A program made the position numbers and the translations under genes. Positions 1 through 8,570 of a stretch of DNA of 34,802 nt are shown piece after piece. Below the pieces are notes generated by a model. That model saw only the letters and a program-made list of their open reading frames with translations. It did no database searches and was not told the DNA's origin. The stretch is from a virus (lineage: Duplodnaviria; Caudoviricetes), in IMG/VR virus record IMGVR_UViG_3300048576_000499, positions 1 to 34,802 of that record; one strand, 5' to 3'. Each line of letters opens with the position of its first letter. Within the stretch, counting starts at the first letter, position 1.

Positions 1-168
1 ATGTTCTTCCATCAATCCCGCCTGATCGTCGCCCATGCCTGGCCGATGCTGATCGCCCAGCTGGCGTCGATGGGCATGATGGTGATCGACACGGTGCTGC
101 TCGGGCATTTCGGCACCGAGGATCTGGCCGCGGTCGCCGTCGGCAGCGGCATCTACGTCGCGGTCATC
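1..168 (+). pseudogene. Host MATE-family (NorM-like) efflux transporter, 5' fragment interrupted by the prophage
   Basis: LAWP-like/IAQLASMGMMVIDTVLLGHFGTEDLAAVAVGSGIY is a typical MATE N-terminus. Similarity stops at about codon 56 and the frame runs into A-rich non-coding sequence, stopping at 267. Confidence 0.85.
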
Positions 169-178
169 CAGTACGGGG

Positions 179-350
179 GGTGTGGAATCTGGACGATTAG
201 GAGAACCAAAAAAAGGCCCGAAAAGCCCGGAAATACAGGGGAAACGGCAAAAGGACCAAAAATCTGATTTCCGGACAGTTCTGGGGTAAAAGTGTGGAAA
301 ACTCGGGAAGAAAGTACGGGAAATTCGGTCGGTCAGTAGGGGAATATCCG
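179..350 (+). repeat. Left-end candidate transposase-binding repeats
   Basis: AGTGTGGAAAACTCGG (291), AGTACGGGAAATTCGG (313) and AGTAGGGGAATATCCG (335) have an exact 22-bp period. Related copies lie near 179 (GGTGTGGAATCTGG) and 232. Confidence 0.65.
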
Positions 351-373
351 CACTTCGAAGGCCGTTTATTCAA

Positions 374-892
374 TCAGCGAACGCTATTTAAAACCAGCGA
401 TAAATGGTCGGCCGTCACATCGGCGACGAGCTGCTGATCCGACTCGGGGAATCCGACCAAACGGCGCGCGGGCAAACCGGGGTGATTGACCCGCTGCCGA
501 AAAACCCCACCGAAAGCCAGCGCCTTTGCCTTGCGCGGTCTAATGATGTGCGGCTCTGAACCGTCCTGGTGAAAAACGGCCGGAAAACCGTCGCCGGCAT
601 CAAAGCCGAGGCGCAAGGTGTCGCCAGCCGCCTGGTAGTGAAAGTTCTTGAGCATCCGGCCCGTGCGATTCAACGGACCGCCCTTGCGTTCTCCTGCCGC
701 CTTGGTGGAATCGGCCAGTTCTGCCCAGGGCTTTCCTTCGGGGTCCAAGCCTTGATCGTGCCGTTCCTGATTCACCCGAAAAAGCGACTCGCCGATGCTG
801 CCCAGCATTTCCTCCGGCGTGGCCACTTCGCGGCGAACCGCCTCCATGACCCTGGAGAGGTGATCCGCTTGAAATTCGACGGTGAATTGCAT
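374..892 (-). CDS. Virion morphogenesis protein (Mu gpG / tail completion S family)
   Basis: DPEGKPWAEL...LNRTGRM...HQDG...PARRLVG pattern; follows MuF as in Mu. Confidence 0.85.
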   Translation of the reverse strand: MQFTVEFQADHLSRVMEAVRREVATPEEMLGSIGESLFRVNQERHDQGLDPEGKPWAELADSTKAAGERKGGPLNRTGRMLKNFHYQAAGDTLRLGFDAGDGFPAVFHQDGSEPHIIRPRKAKALAFGGVFRQRVNHPGLPARRLVGFPESDQQLVADVTADHLSLVLNSVR

Positions 893-976
893 ATATTGTC
901 CTCACGGTGACGTCAGACTGCGCGCATGCGCTACTGCCCCATATCTGATCCGTAGCAGCGCGGCCAATCGGCCGCG

Positions 977-2245
977 TTACTTTTTGTAGATCAGCCGGCC
1001 GAGGCGCTGCCGGTCGAAATACTTCTGTTTGTTGGTCGGAAAGACCGTGGCGCCGGTCCATCCTGCCTTTGACCACTCGAAGACGCCCACGCCGTAGCGG
1101 CCGTCGCCGTCGATCTCGAACGCTTTCAAGTACCGCCGCTTCAATCGCCAATTGCCTGGCGTCGATGCATCCTTCTCCCAGGCCCACCATATTTCATCTG
1201 GCTCGATCAGGGTCATCGCGAGCAGATTGATGTACTGGAGACGGTCAGCTTTCTCCGGTTCGGTCAGCCACTTGAAGTTATCGCTTTCCTTCTCGCTGCC
1301 TTTCACGAACAGCGCCTTTGTGATGGCCAGCGTGCTGCCGGTTGCATCGGTAAACGCCGCGCCTTCCTCAAGAGACGCGCCGAAGATATCCAGAAAATCC
1401 GAGACGGCGACCTCCGGCGCGGTGCCGGCAGGCAGAACAGCGTGTGGCGGAAGATGCTTCGCTTGCGGTAGCGGCGGGCGTACCACCCCAGTCGGCCAAG
1501 GCGTTCCACGTTCTTTCAACACCGCGTTGTAACCCATCAGCGGTGGAACGGTATGCGGTTCAAGCCACGCCTTGCCGGGGTTGTACGCGAAGCCGGGATC
1601 GATGCCCTTCGGCACACGCACGGTACGCGGGTTGCTGCCGTTCTTGCCGACGACGCGCTCTTCCCATTCAATGGGCGGCGCCTGGTCGGGACCGTTCATG
1701 CCCTTTTTCTTCCACGCCCGCTCGGCTTCAAAACGGGAAAGCGAGTATTTCCGGCAATTGCAACCCCAACCGTTCTGCGGGGTGTGCGTATCCCACCACG
1801 GATCGTCGAGCAACACGATCAGGCCGTCTAAGGCTTTGTGGTCGAGGCGCGGATGCTCTTTGCTGGTGTGGCGGTATAGGCCATACGGCCGCAAATGCTT
1901 GACCGCCTGCATCTGTTTTTCCCGGCCGGCGTTGAAGGCTTGCGTGACGTTGGTGTCGTAGATGATCTTCGAGCGCCAACCGGGCGAGCCGTTATATGCC
2001 CAGCCGTGCTTTTTGACGATCTCCGGGAATGCCTTCTGGAACTCGGCGAAGCCGCCGGCTTCCTTGGCCTGGGCGATGGCGTTGTAGAAGTCCTCGACCA
2101 AGTTATCGTGCGTGGCACCGGCCACCACGAAGGCGTGACTGTTCTGTTCCTGCCAGATGTCGGTCCAGCCGGACGATGGCAGCTTGATCTTCGACTTATA
2201 GAAGTCGATGGCTTCGGTGAAAGGGAGATAGGCCGGAGGTGGCAT
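977..2245 (-). CDS. MuF (gpF) minor head protein with a C-terminal PBECR2-like nuclease-fold extension
   Basis: MuF core (AFVVAGA, RSKIIYDTN, HPRLDHKALDG, PQNGWGCNC, DPGFAYNPG) followed by about 190 extra aa (TLIEPDEIW, RRYLKAF, WTGATVF, RLGRLIYKK). Confidence 0.85.
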   Translation of the reverse strand: MPPPAYLPFTEAIDFYKSKIKLPSSGWTDIWQEQNSHAFVVAGATHDNLVEDFYNAIAQAKEAGGFAEFQKAFPEIVKKHGWAYNGSPGWRSKIIYDTNVTQAFNAGREKQMQAVKHLRPYGLYRHTSKEHPRLDHKALDGLIVLLDDPWWDTHTPQNGWGCNCRKYSLSRFEAERAWKKKGMNGPDQAPPIEWEERVVGKNGSNPRTVRVPKGIDPGFAYNPGKAWLEPHTVPPLMGYNAVLKERGTPWPTGVVRPPLPQAKHLPPHAVLPAGTAPEVAVSDFLDIFGASLEEGAAFTDATGSTLAITKALFVKGSEKESDNFKWLTEPEKADRLQYINLLAMTLIEPDEIWWAWEKDASTPGNWRLKRRYLKAFEIDGDGRYGVGVFEWSKAGWTGATVFPTNKQKYFDRQRLGRLIYKK

Positions 2246-2248
2246 GGC

Positions 2249-2452
2249 CTACGCCCCTTCGAGGGCTTTTGTGACAGCCTTTTTAAAATCGTCCGGCCAC
2301 ATGCCAACATGCACGGATTTTCCAGTGTCGAGATCGATCACGGTTCCGTAACTACCGTTGTAGTCGATCAACCTGAAGCTGACGATCCGTTCGCAAACGA
2401 TGGTCACTCGCTGCGAATTTATGCCGTAGCCCGGACACTCAAGGAAAGTCAC
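2249..2452 (-). CDS. Hypothetical protein (about 67 aa)
   Basis: GTG at 2452 preceded by GGAGG; fills the gap between neighbours in the operon. Confidence 0.6.
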   Translation of the reverse strand: MTFLECPGYGINSQRVTIVCERIVSFRLIDYNGSYGTVIDLDTGKSVHVGMWPDDFKKAVTKALEGA

Positions 2453-2466
2453 ATTCCCTCCGGAAG

Positions 2467-2823
2467 TTATTGACGGACGTTCAAACGCTCTTTGAGCAAA
2501 TAGCCCATCAAAGGCCAAATCTTCTGCACGGCGTTCTGGCGGGCGATCTTGCAGCCAAGCGCGGCATCGAAGTTTTCCGGGCTGGCACAGGCCGATTCAC
2601 CAGTAACGGTGAAGCCGTTGCGCAGGATGAGGACGCAGAAGGTCAAGAGTTTCAGGGCTTGCGGCATCTTCGCATCCGTCATCTCGGGGTCGGCTATATC
2701 GACACCTTCCGCTGCCGTGAAGTAGTGCTCACTGGCGATGTTCGCCTCGATATCGTCCGGCGTGATGCGTGGCGCGGTCAGCCCCTTGGCCTGGATTTCC
2801 TGCTCGATTGCTTGGTCGTTCAT
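2467..2823 (-). CDS. N4 Gp49/Sf6 gp66-family protein (candidate Acb4-like nucleotide sponge)
   Basis: APRITPDDIEANI...LTFCVLILRNGFTVTGESACASPENFDAALG.KIARQNAVQKIWPLMGYLLK is the family signature; ATG 2823 with AGAGGA SD. Confidence 0.8.
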   Translation of the reverse strand: MNDQAIEQEIQAKGLTAPRITPDDIEANIASEHYFTAAEGVDIADPEMTDAKMPQALKLLTFCVLILRNGFTVTGESACASPENFDAALGCKIARQNAVQKIWPLMGYLLKERLNVRQ

Positions 2824-2873
2824 GCTGGGTTCCTCTGAAAGTGGCGGACTTTTCCGGTTCCGCCTAGCCGGTA

Positions 2874-4412
2874 TCACTCTCCGTTCCCAACCTCATACCG
2901 CCCCGCCAGATGCGCTGCCGCCATCCCCTTGGCCAGCGCCTCGGCGAACTTCGGATCGGCGCGCAGGGCGTCGATCTTCTCCAGCGCCTCATCGAAGCTG
3001 CCCGCCTCGGCGACGATGGCGGAAATCTGCTGGATCAACTGCTGCTCGAAGGGGGCGCAGAGCTGCGCGAGCTGGGCGCCGTAGGCCGTCGTCACGTCGT
3101 CGTCGGCCTCTCCGGCTAGCGCCACCAGGCGGGCAAGCGCGGCGTCGGCCGGGCTGGCGGGCTTGGCTTTACCGGCGGGCGTCAGCAGCTTCGCATCCTT
3201 GCGGGCGCGCGGAATCTGCATGATCTTGTGGGCGTAATCCACGTCGATCTCCATGCCCATGCCGGCGGCCTTGTCCAGCACGTCGGCCATCTTCGCCTGG
3301 TCCGGCGTCTCCTCGGTCAGGTGCGAGAAGACCGGAACGCGGTCAGGCGGGAACATGCCGTTGACCAGTGCAATCGGCTGTACTACCTGGCCGTTCATCG
3401 TCGGATCGATCTGGCCGACGTCATGCAGCAGGATCTTGCGCAGCTCCCGTTCATGGACCTCACCCAGCGCGTTGGTACTGGTCTTCCCGTCCGCTTGGCT
3501 GGTCAGCGTGCCGCCCAGGATGGCGATGGATTGCTTACGCTCCCAGTAGGCAATGGCGTTGAGGAAGTCATCGACTTTGCCGGCTGCCGTCGCCTGGACG
3601 AAATCGATGGTCATGTTCGCCGGGACCACCCCGGCGCCATCGTGGCCGATGTTGCGCACGGCCTTGAGCAACTGGTCGCGCTGCTTGTCGCCGATCCCGG
3701 CCGGGTACTTGCCGAGCCGCAACGGCAAACCGTACTTCTCCAGGAACTTCTGCATGTCCAGTTTGTTGTACGCCTTGTAGGCATACGTCCAGCCCAGCAC
3801 GCGGAACAGCGCCGCCTGCTCGATGTAGCCGGAGAGCGCACGGTGTTCATGTACCACCCAGCCGCCTTCGCGCAGCGGCTCCGGCAGGCCGTTCTTGACG
3901 AACATCAGTTTCCCCGTGGCCGTATCGATCTGGAATTCGGTCTGCGGTACCCATTGAAAGCCCTTCGGATACCACGTGCTGCCGGTCTGCCAGTCGGTCT
4001 CATGGCAGGAAATGCCCTTGCCGATGGCGTCCGTCAGGTCGTACTGCATGTCCTCGAAGTGCGGAATCTTGCGCAGGATGTCTTCCAACTCGGCCGTGCG
4101 GTCTATTTCGCTTTGGTTGGCGTCATCTTTCGGCGTCAGCTTCCAGCCCAGGCCGGTGACGTTGCGGCGGCGCTTGGCCAGCTCCGAGAAGATGTGGCTG
4201 TCGTGCTGCTCGATCAGGTTGAACAGCCTGGCCTGATCCGTGATATAGCCCTGGTCGGCCTGCTGGAAGGCGGCGGCCAGCCGTGCCGGCGGCAGCGTCT
4301 GCACGGAAAGATAATTCGCCGTGTTGCCCTGGGCCGAGCGCGGCCCGGACTGCATGCTGTCGAGGCCGCGCTTGACCGCGCTGGCCAGGGCGGCCTTGAT
4401 CTCTTTAATCAT
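2874..4412 (-). CDS. Portal protein (Mu gp29 / DUF935)
   Basis: DSHIFSELAKRR, FLEKYGLPLRLGKYP, ILGGTLTSQADGK.STNALGEVH; start overlaps the end of terL. Confidence 0.92.
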   Translation of the reverse strand: MIKEIKAALASAVKRGLDSMQSGPRSAQGNTANYLSVQTLPPARLAAAFQQADQGYITDQARLFNLIEQHDSHIFSELAKRRRNVTGLGWKLTPKDDANQSEIDRTAELEDILRKIPHFEDMQYDLTDAIGKGISCHETDWQTGSTWYPKGFQWVPQTEFQIDTATGKLMFVKNGLPEPLREGGWVVHEHRALSGYIEQAALFRVLGWTYAYKAYNKLDMQKFLEKYGLPLRLGKYPAGIGDKQRDQLLKAVRNIGHDGAGVVPANMTIDFVQATAAGKVDDFLNAIAYWERKQSIAILGGTLTSQADGKTSTNALGEVHERELRKILLHDVGQIDPTMNGQVVQPIALVNGMFPPDRVPVFSHLTEETPDQAKMADVLDKAAGMGMEIDVDYAHKIMQIPRARKDAKLLTPAGKAKPASPADAALARLVALAGEADDDVTTAYGAQLAQLCAPFEQQLIQQISAIVAEAGSFDEALEKIDALRADPKFAEALAKGMAAAHLAGRYEVGNGE

Positions 4413-6171
4413 CGTCGTCATCCCATCCATCGTCATCGTCGCTGTCGCCGCGACGGGTGCCGCGCCGGTCGTTCCGCGACGAGCCGGCCGAGTGGTAGGC
4501 CCACTCACCGGCAAATTGCTTCGCCAGCTTCCAAAGCTTTTCCAGGGCGTCCGGTCCGTCGTCGTGATCGGCCTCGGGCCAGAACTTCAACTGCTCGATC
4601 ATCACGGTCTGCGAGCGGTGCAGCCTGATCTTTCCGTTGGTCACATGCGGCTGCAGGCTGATGATGCGCAGTTCCTTTTCCACGTCCTCGGGCATCGGAA
4701 TGCCGGGGAAAGCGATGCCGGCCAGCGCCGCGCGTTTCAATAGTTCCGTGTACATGAACTCTTGGAACTGCACGATTTCCACGCCCCAGGCAAGGCAGCG
4801 GTATTCCTGCTGCAGATCGATGGCGCGGCTGATGATCAGGTCCGGCACGCGGCGGGCGATATCGGCCTCGACGACATCGAGCGTCATGGTGTTGCGGTTC
4901 AGGCCGCCGACCAGGATCGCCGAGGGGTCGCGTTTCTTGTTCTTCTTGCCCAAGCTCGGGTCGATGGAACCGAAGAACAGCCAGTCGTTGCGCCGATCCA
5001 CCCAGAACTGGATGTTCTTGAACGGCGCCGTATCATCGTTGCCGGCCTCGTTCTGCTGTTCTTGGTTGAAGGCGTCGTGATCGCTCGCGTACATGCAGTA
5101 CAGGCGGTACAGCGGACGGACGTCCGGCCACGATACGACCGCGCCGGCATCCATCAGCGCCTTATTGGCCTGGTAGAAGGCCAGTGCCTCGGCCTCGGCT
5201 TTTTCCTGCGCGCCATCCTCGTCGCTGGCCGCCGCCGAGGTGTAGATGCCTTCCCACTTCTCCCAAAGGTCGGTGCGATCCGGCCAGCGCATGATCGACT
5301 TGAACACCTTGCGGCGCCAGCCGGGCTTGCGCGAGACGCGGTTGATCGCGGCGTCGTAGTGCAGGCTGGTACCGACCCAGAAGATGTCCGTACCGCCGGC
5401 GGGGCCAGCCAAGCCGACGACGGCCCGGACGACGAAATTTTCGGTGGCGTCGCGCTGCTCCTTCTGGCGCACGTTCTCGTCGTTTTCCAGATCGTCGAGG
5501 AAGATCAGGCCGGGGCGGTGCGGGCCGTGGCGCATGCCGCGCATTTTCTTGCCGACACCGCCGACGCGAACCTTGATGCCGTTGGCCGTGACGATGGTCG
5601 CCGCCTGCCAGATGCGGCCACGGCCGACCGCCTTGGGGAAGTCCGCCGCCAAGCGCGGATTGCTGTCCAGTTCGGCCTTGATCGCTTCGAGCATTTCAAT
5701 CGACTGCTCAAGCGTGTTCATGATGATGCCGATCAGCCACTTGCGCGCCTTCTTGCTGGCCTGCGGCACCAGCTCGGCGAGGTAGTTGGCCCGGCAGATG
5801 CACCACAGGCTGCCAAGCTGAGTCTCGTAGGTCGACTTGGCTTCGCCGCGCGGCGCTTCGTGGACTTCGCGGGCATCGGCATTCCCATCGATCACTGCCG
5901 GGAAACGCTCGAAGATGAAGCGATGGAACAGCGAGAAGTGATCGGTCGGAACGTAGTGCGGGAAGTAGGTCCGGCAGAAGAACTCATAGTCGACGACGGC
6001 GCGTTCGCGCCGGCTTCGGCTGGCCTCTGGATCAATCGGGAACGCCTCGCACTCCAGTTCGATGGTCTGGCGCAGTTCCTCGGCGAAGGCTTCCATGCGG
6101 CGCTGAAAGTCGCCCAGGTTCTTGACTTCGGTCAGGTCTTCGTAATCGTCGGACCAGTCGAATTCACGCAT
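4405..6171 (-). CDS. terL: Terminase large subunit
   Basis: Walker A APRGEAKST, Walker B LIFLDDLE, nuclease motifs IDPSLG and HDDGPDAL. Confidence 0.92.
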   Translation of the reverse strand: MREFDWSDDYEDLTEVKNLGDFQRRMEAFAEELRQTIELECEAFPIDPEASRSRRERAVVDYEFFCRTYFPHYVPTDHFSLFHRFIFERFPAVIDGNADAREVHEAPRGEAKSTYETQLGSLWCICRANYLAELVPQASKKARKWLIGIIMNTLEQSIEMLEAIKAELDSNPRLAADFPKAVGRGRIWQAATIVTANGIKVRVGGVGKKMRGMRHGPHRPGLIFLDDLENDENVRQKEQRDATENFVVRAVVGLAGPAGGTDIFWVGTSLHYDAAINRVSRKPGWRRKVFKSIMRWPDRTDLWEKWEGIYTSAAASDEDGAQEKAEAEALAFYQANKALMDAGAVVSWPDVRPLYRLYCMYASDHDAFNQEQQNEAGNDDTAPFKNIQFWVDRRNDWLFFGSIDPSLGKKNKKRDPSAILVGGLNRNTMTLDVVEADIARRVPDLIISRAIDLQQEYRCLAWGVEIVQFQEFMYTELLKRAALAGIAFPGIPMPEDVEKELRIISLQPHVTNGKIRLHRSQTVMIEQLKFWPEADHDDGPDALEKLWKLAKQFAGEWAYHSAGSSRNDRRGTRRGDSDDDDGWDDDDD

Positions 6172-6173
6172 GA

Positions 6174-6497
6174 TCAGCGCGCCGCATCAATGGTTTCGGA
6201 TTTCTGATCGCAGTGCCGAACTTTCCCGACCATGCGGCATTCCTCCCACGTGCTCTCGGTCGAGGTGCGACTATCCGGGCACCGGGTGAAGTAGTGCCAG
6301 CGTGCTCCGGCCTCGAACGCATAGACCTTGCAGCCATCCGCTTCCCTGATGACGTGCGGGGTTTGCCGCCGCCGAATCTCTTCATCCCGCTCGCGCTCAA
6401 GGCGTTGTCCAAGCTCGGACTGGGTGAACAGGACGATTCCACCGATGAACAGCACGGGGACCAGGATGAACAGCCCCCCTTTCATCCAATTACGCAT
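6174..6497 (-). CDS. Membrane-anchored hypothetical protein (DUF4884-like) between terS and terL
   Basis: One N-terminal TM helix followed by EADGCKVYAF...HYFTRC; start overlaps the terS stop. Confidence 0.6.
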   Translation of the reverse strand: MRNWMKGGLFILVPVLFIGGIVLFTQSELGQRLERERDEEIRRRQTPHVIREADGCKVYAFEAGARWHYFTRCPDSRTSTESTWEECRMVGKVRHCDQKSETIDAAR

Positions 6498-6984
6498 ACC
6501 GTTTCCCCAGCACCGCCCCGATGTCCTCGACATGCGGCTGCAGCGCCCGCAGCGCGGCCGGATCGTGCTTCTTGAGATACTCGGCGATGACCTTGAGCGT
6601 ATCCAGCGCCACGGACAGCCCGGAAAGCTGCGGATTCAGCCGCCCGAACGCCTTACTGAACTTGGCGTAGCCGTCCGCCAGTTGCGCGATCAGCGTGGCC
6701 TTGTCGGCGGCGGGGATTTGCGCGTTCTCAAGCTCGCGCGTCGTGGTGATCACCTGGCGGGCGAAATCCTCGACGAGCTGCTTGTTCAGTTCGTCCATGC
6801 CCTGGTCGCTGATACGGTACGCGGCGCGGGCCGTGTCCCAGTCGTCGCCCTTGGCCTTGGTGATCCGCTTCCACTCGCGCGCGGTGTCGTAGCTGACGCC
6901 GCACGTCACGGCCGCGCCGTTCAAGGGCATGCCCTCGATATAGAGCTGCCGGACGCGCCCGCGGGTTTCCTGAGAATGCGCCAT
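6490..6984 (-). CDS. Putative terminase small subunit (DUF1804)
   Basis: MAHSQETR...YI...AA...VSY.TAREWKR...GDDWD.ARAA N-terminal HTH; upstream of terL. Confidence 0.8.
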   Translation of the reverse strand: MAHSQETRGRVRQLYIEGMPLNGAAVTCGVSYDTAREWKRITKAKGDDWDTARAAYRISDQGMDELNKQLVEDFARQVITTTRELENAQIPAADKATLIAQLADGYAKFSKAFGRLNPQLSGLSVALDTLKVIAEYLKKHDPAALRALQPHVEDIGAVLGKRYA

Positions 6985-6988
6985 CAGG

Positions 6989-7354
6989 TCAAAACCGCTT
7001 GATGATCTCGACGGCTGCCGCCACCAGCGCGCCGCCGACGCCGCCACCGAACGCGGAGAACTTGGCCGTCTTCTCGATCAGGCGCTTGTTCTCGGCCTCC
7101 AGCGTCGTGACGCGGGCGCCGATGCCATCGATCCGCTTCCCGACGTTCGTTTCCACGGCGTCGATCCGCTTGCCCAGGCTGTCCTCGATCCGGTCCATGC
7201 GCTCGCTCTGCGCGGCTTCCAGGCGGCGGATGTCCGACTTGATGTCGTCGATCCGCGCCGTCAGCCCCTGGTGCATGGCCTGCACGGCGCCGGTCAGTTG
7301 GCCGATACTGTGCATGATCTGCGAGTTGTCGCGGCGGTTGCCGTCGTTTTCCAT
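6989..7354 (-). CDS. Coiled-coil protein with C-terminal hydrophobic anchor
   Basis: Heptad-rich body and GGGVGGALVAAAV tail; position between spanin and terS as for small Mu-like late genes. Confidence 0.7.
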   Translation of the reverse strand: MENDGNRRDNSQIMHSIGQLTGAVQAMHQGLTARIDDIKSDIRRLEAAQSERMDRIEDSLGKRIDAVETNVGKRIDGIGARVTTLEAENKRLIEKTAKFSAFGGGVGGALVAAAVEIIKRF

Positions 7355-7944
7355 CATTGCTCCCTTTGCTGTTTACGATCTTCGGTGGCGCTGGCTCGGC
7401 ACATCTCCCGGTCAGCAATGACGACGGCCTGACAGGCGGTCAATTGGCGTACTACTTCGTTGGCCTCAGAGGCGAGTCCGACAAGAAATCCAGAAGCCTC
7501 GACAGAAAGTTCGGCTCGCGTTTCACCATCACGTCCGCCGGTGGCGGCGCCGGACACGCCGCTTCCACTTCCACCGGAGCCATCGGTGCAAGAATCGGGC
7601 TTGACGGCGATGCGCAGGCGCCGATTGTCACGGCGCAGATCATCAATGACACGATCCTTCTTTGCTTTCTCATCCTGAAGCCCTTTCTGGTAATCGGCCG
7701 ATGCAGCGGCCATGTCGGCGGTGTTCTGACGTTCCTTGGCGCGCTCTTTTTCCTCCAGTTGCTTGATACGGGCATTGGCCCTGGTGAGTGCCGTGTTCTC
7801 GCGGCCAAGCCACACCGCCCGCTCGGCCTTTTCGCCTTGACCGTACTGCTCCTGGCCGTAGGCGTGGATGCCCCACACGATGACCGCCGCCAGCACCACG
7901 GCGGCGAGCACCTTGACCCACGTGGAAATCACCGGGATGGTCAT
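7354..7944 (-). CDS. Inner-membrane spanin (Rz-like)
   Basis: N-terminal TM, periplasmic coiled coil, RLRIAV and QLTACQ motifs; follows the endolysin. Confidence 0.85.
   Translation of the reverse strand: MTIPVISTWVKVLAAVVLAAVIVWGIHAYGQEQYGQGEKAERAVWLGRENTALTRANARIKQLEEKERAKERQNTADMAAASADYQKGLQDEKAKKDRVIDDLRRDNRRLRIAVKPDSCTDGSGGSGSGVSGAATGGRDGETRAELSVEASGFLVGLASEANEVVRQLTACQAVVIADREMCRASATEDRKQQREQ
7452..7673 (-). CDS. Outer-membrane spanin lipoprotein (Rz1-like), embedded in Rz
   Basis: Alternative frame inside Rz: MRKQRRIVSLMICAVTIGA-C lipobox, then a Pro-rich body (CPAPPPA); 73 aa. Confidence 0.8.
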   Translation of the reverse strand: MRKQRRIVSLMICAVTIGACASPSSPILAPMAPVEVEAACPAPPPADVMVKREPNFLSRLLDFLSDSPLRPTK

Positions 7945-8570
7945 GCCGGCACCCCGCGTCCCCAGGCGAGATACCGCTGCTGCAGGACGAGCAGGATGCG
8001 CCGGGGATAGCCCAGGTTCTCCGGGCAGAAGCTGACGTGTCTGCGCGCCTTGCCGCAGGCGCTATCGACGGTGTGGTGATCAACCGCGGGGCGTACCGTG
8101 GCGGCTTCCCGCTGCCAGTGCCCCAGCCCGCCGTTGTAGGCGCGCAGCGTGGCCCACAGGCGGTCAAACTCGGTCGGCCCCTGCACCCGCTCGAACAGCC
8201 AGCGGTCATAGCCCACCAGGGCGCGCATGGCCCACACCGGATTGGTCGGCTGGCAATCGTTGGCGGCCTGACCGTTGAGATCGCACCACCACGCCGCCGT
8301 ACCCGGCATGAACTGCGCCATGCCGCGCGCGCCGACGCGGGAGACGGCCTCCGGGTTCCACCCGCTCTCTTGGTGGATTTGCGCGGCGAACACGGCAATC
8401 GGCGCATCGAGCCCCCAGGCCGCATGCGCGGCGCGAACGAGATCGGCGCGGTGCCGGTGCGCCTGGCGGGGCACGTCTTGAGCACTTGCTGGCGCCAGCA
8501 GGGACAGCGCCAGCATTACCGCCCAGGTCGCCAGCGCCCAAAGGGCAATAGTGCGTGCCGTCCTCATCAC
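7941..8570 (-). CDS. Endolysin, SLT lytic transglycosylase with N-terminal signal/SAR segment
   Basis: QIHQESGW, GARGMAQFMP, AYNGGLG motifs; hydrophobic N-terminus. Confidence 0.9.
   Translation of the reverse strand: MMRTARTIALWALATWAVMLALSLLAPASAQDVPRQAHRHRADLVRAAHAAWGLDAPIAVFAAQIHQESGWNPEAVSRVGARGMAQFMPGTAAWWCDLNGQAANDCQPTNPVWAMRALVGYDRWLFERVQGPTEFDRLWATLRAYNGGLGHWQREAATVRPAVDHHTVDSACGKARRHVSFCPENLGYPRRILLVLQQRYLAWGRGVPA

Noticed and set aside
169-267. C-terminal part of the 88-aa ORF as a real protein
   Set aside because: Read-through from the broken MATE gene into non-coding phage end DNA.
291-350. Regularly spaced repeats as a possible mini-CRISPR
   Set aside because: Degenerate 16-mers with 6-bp gaps and no cas genes; better explained as transposase-binding sites.
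2824-2873. GGCGGA/TCCGCC hairpin as an intrinsic terminator or pseudoknot
   Set aside because: Only a short T-run follows and downstream head genes need read-through; the extra CCGG pairing is too short to support.
3228-6207. Long plus-strand ORFs (466 and 481 aa)
   Set aside because: Antisense to portal and terL.
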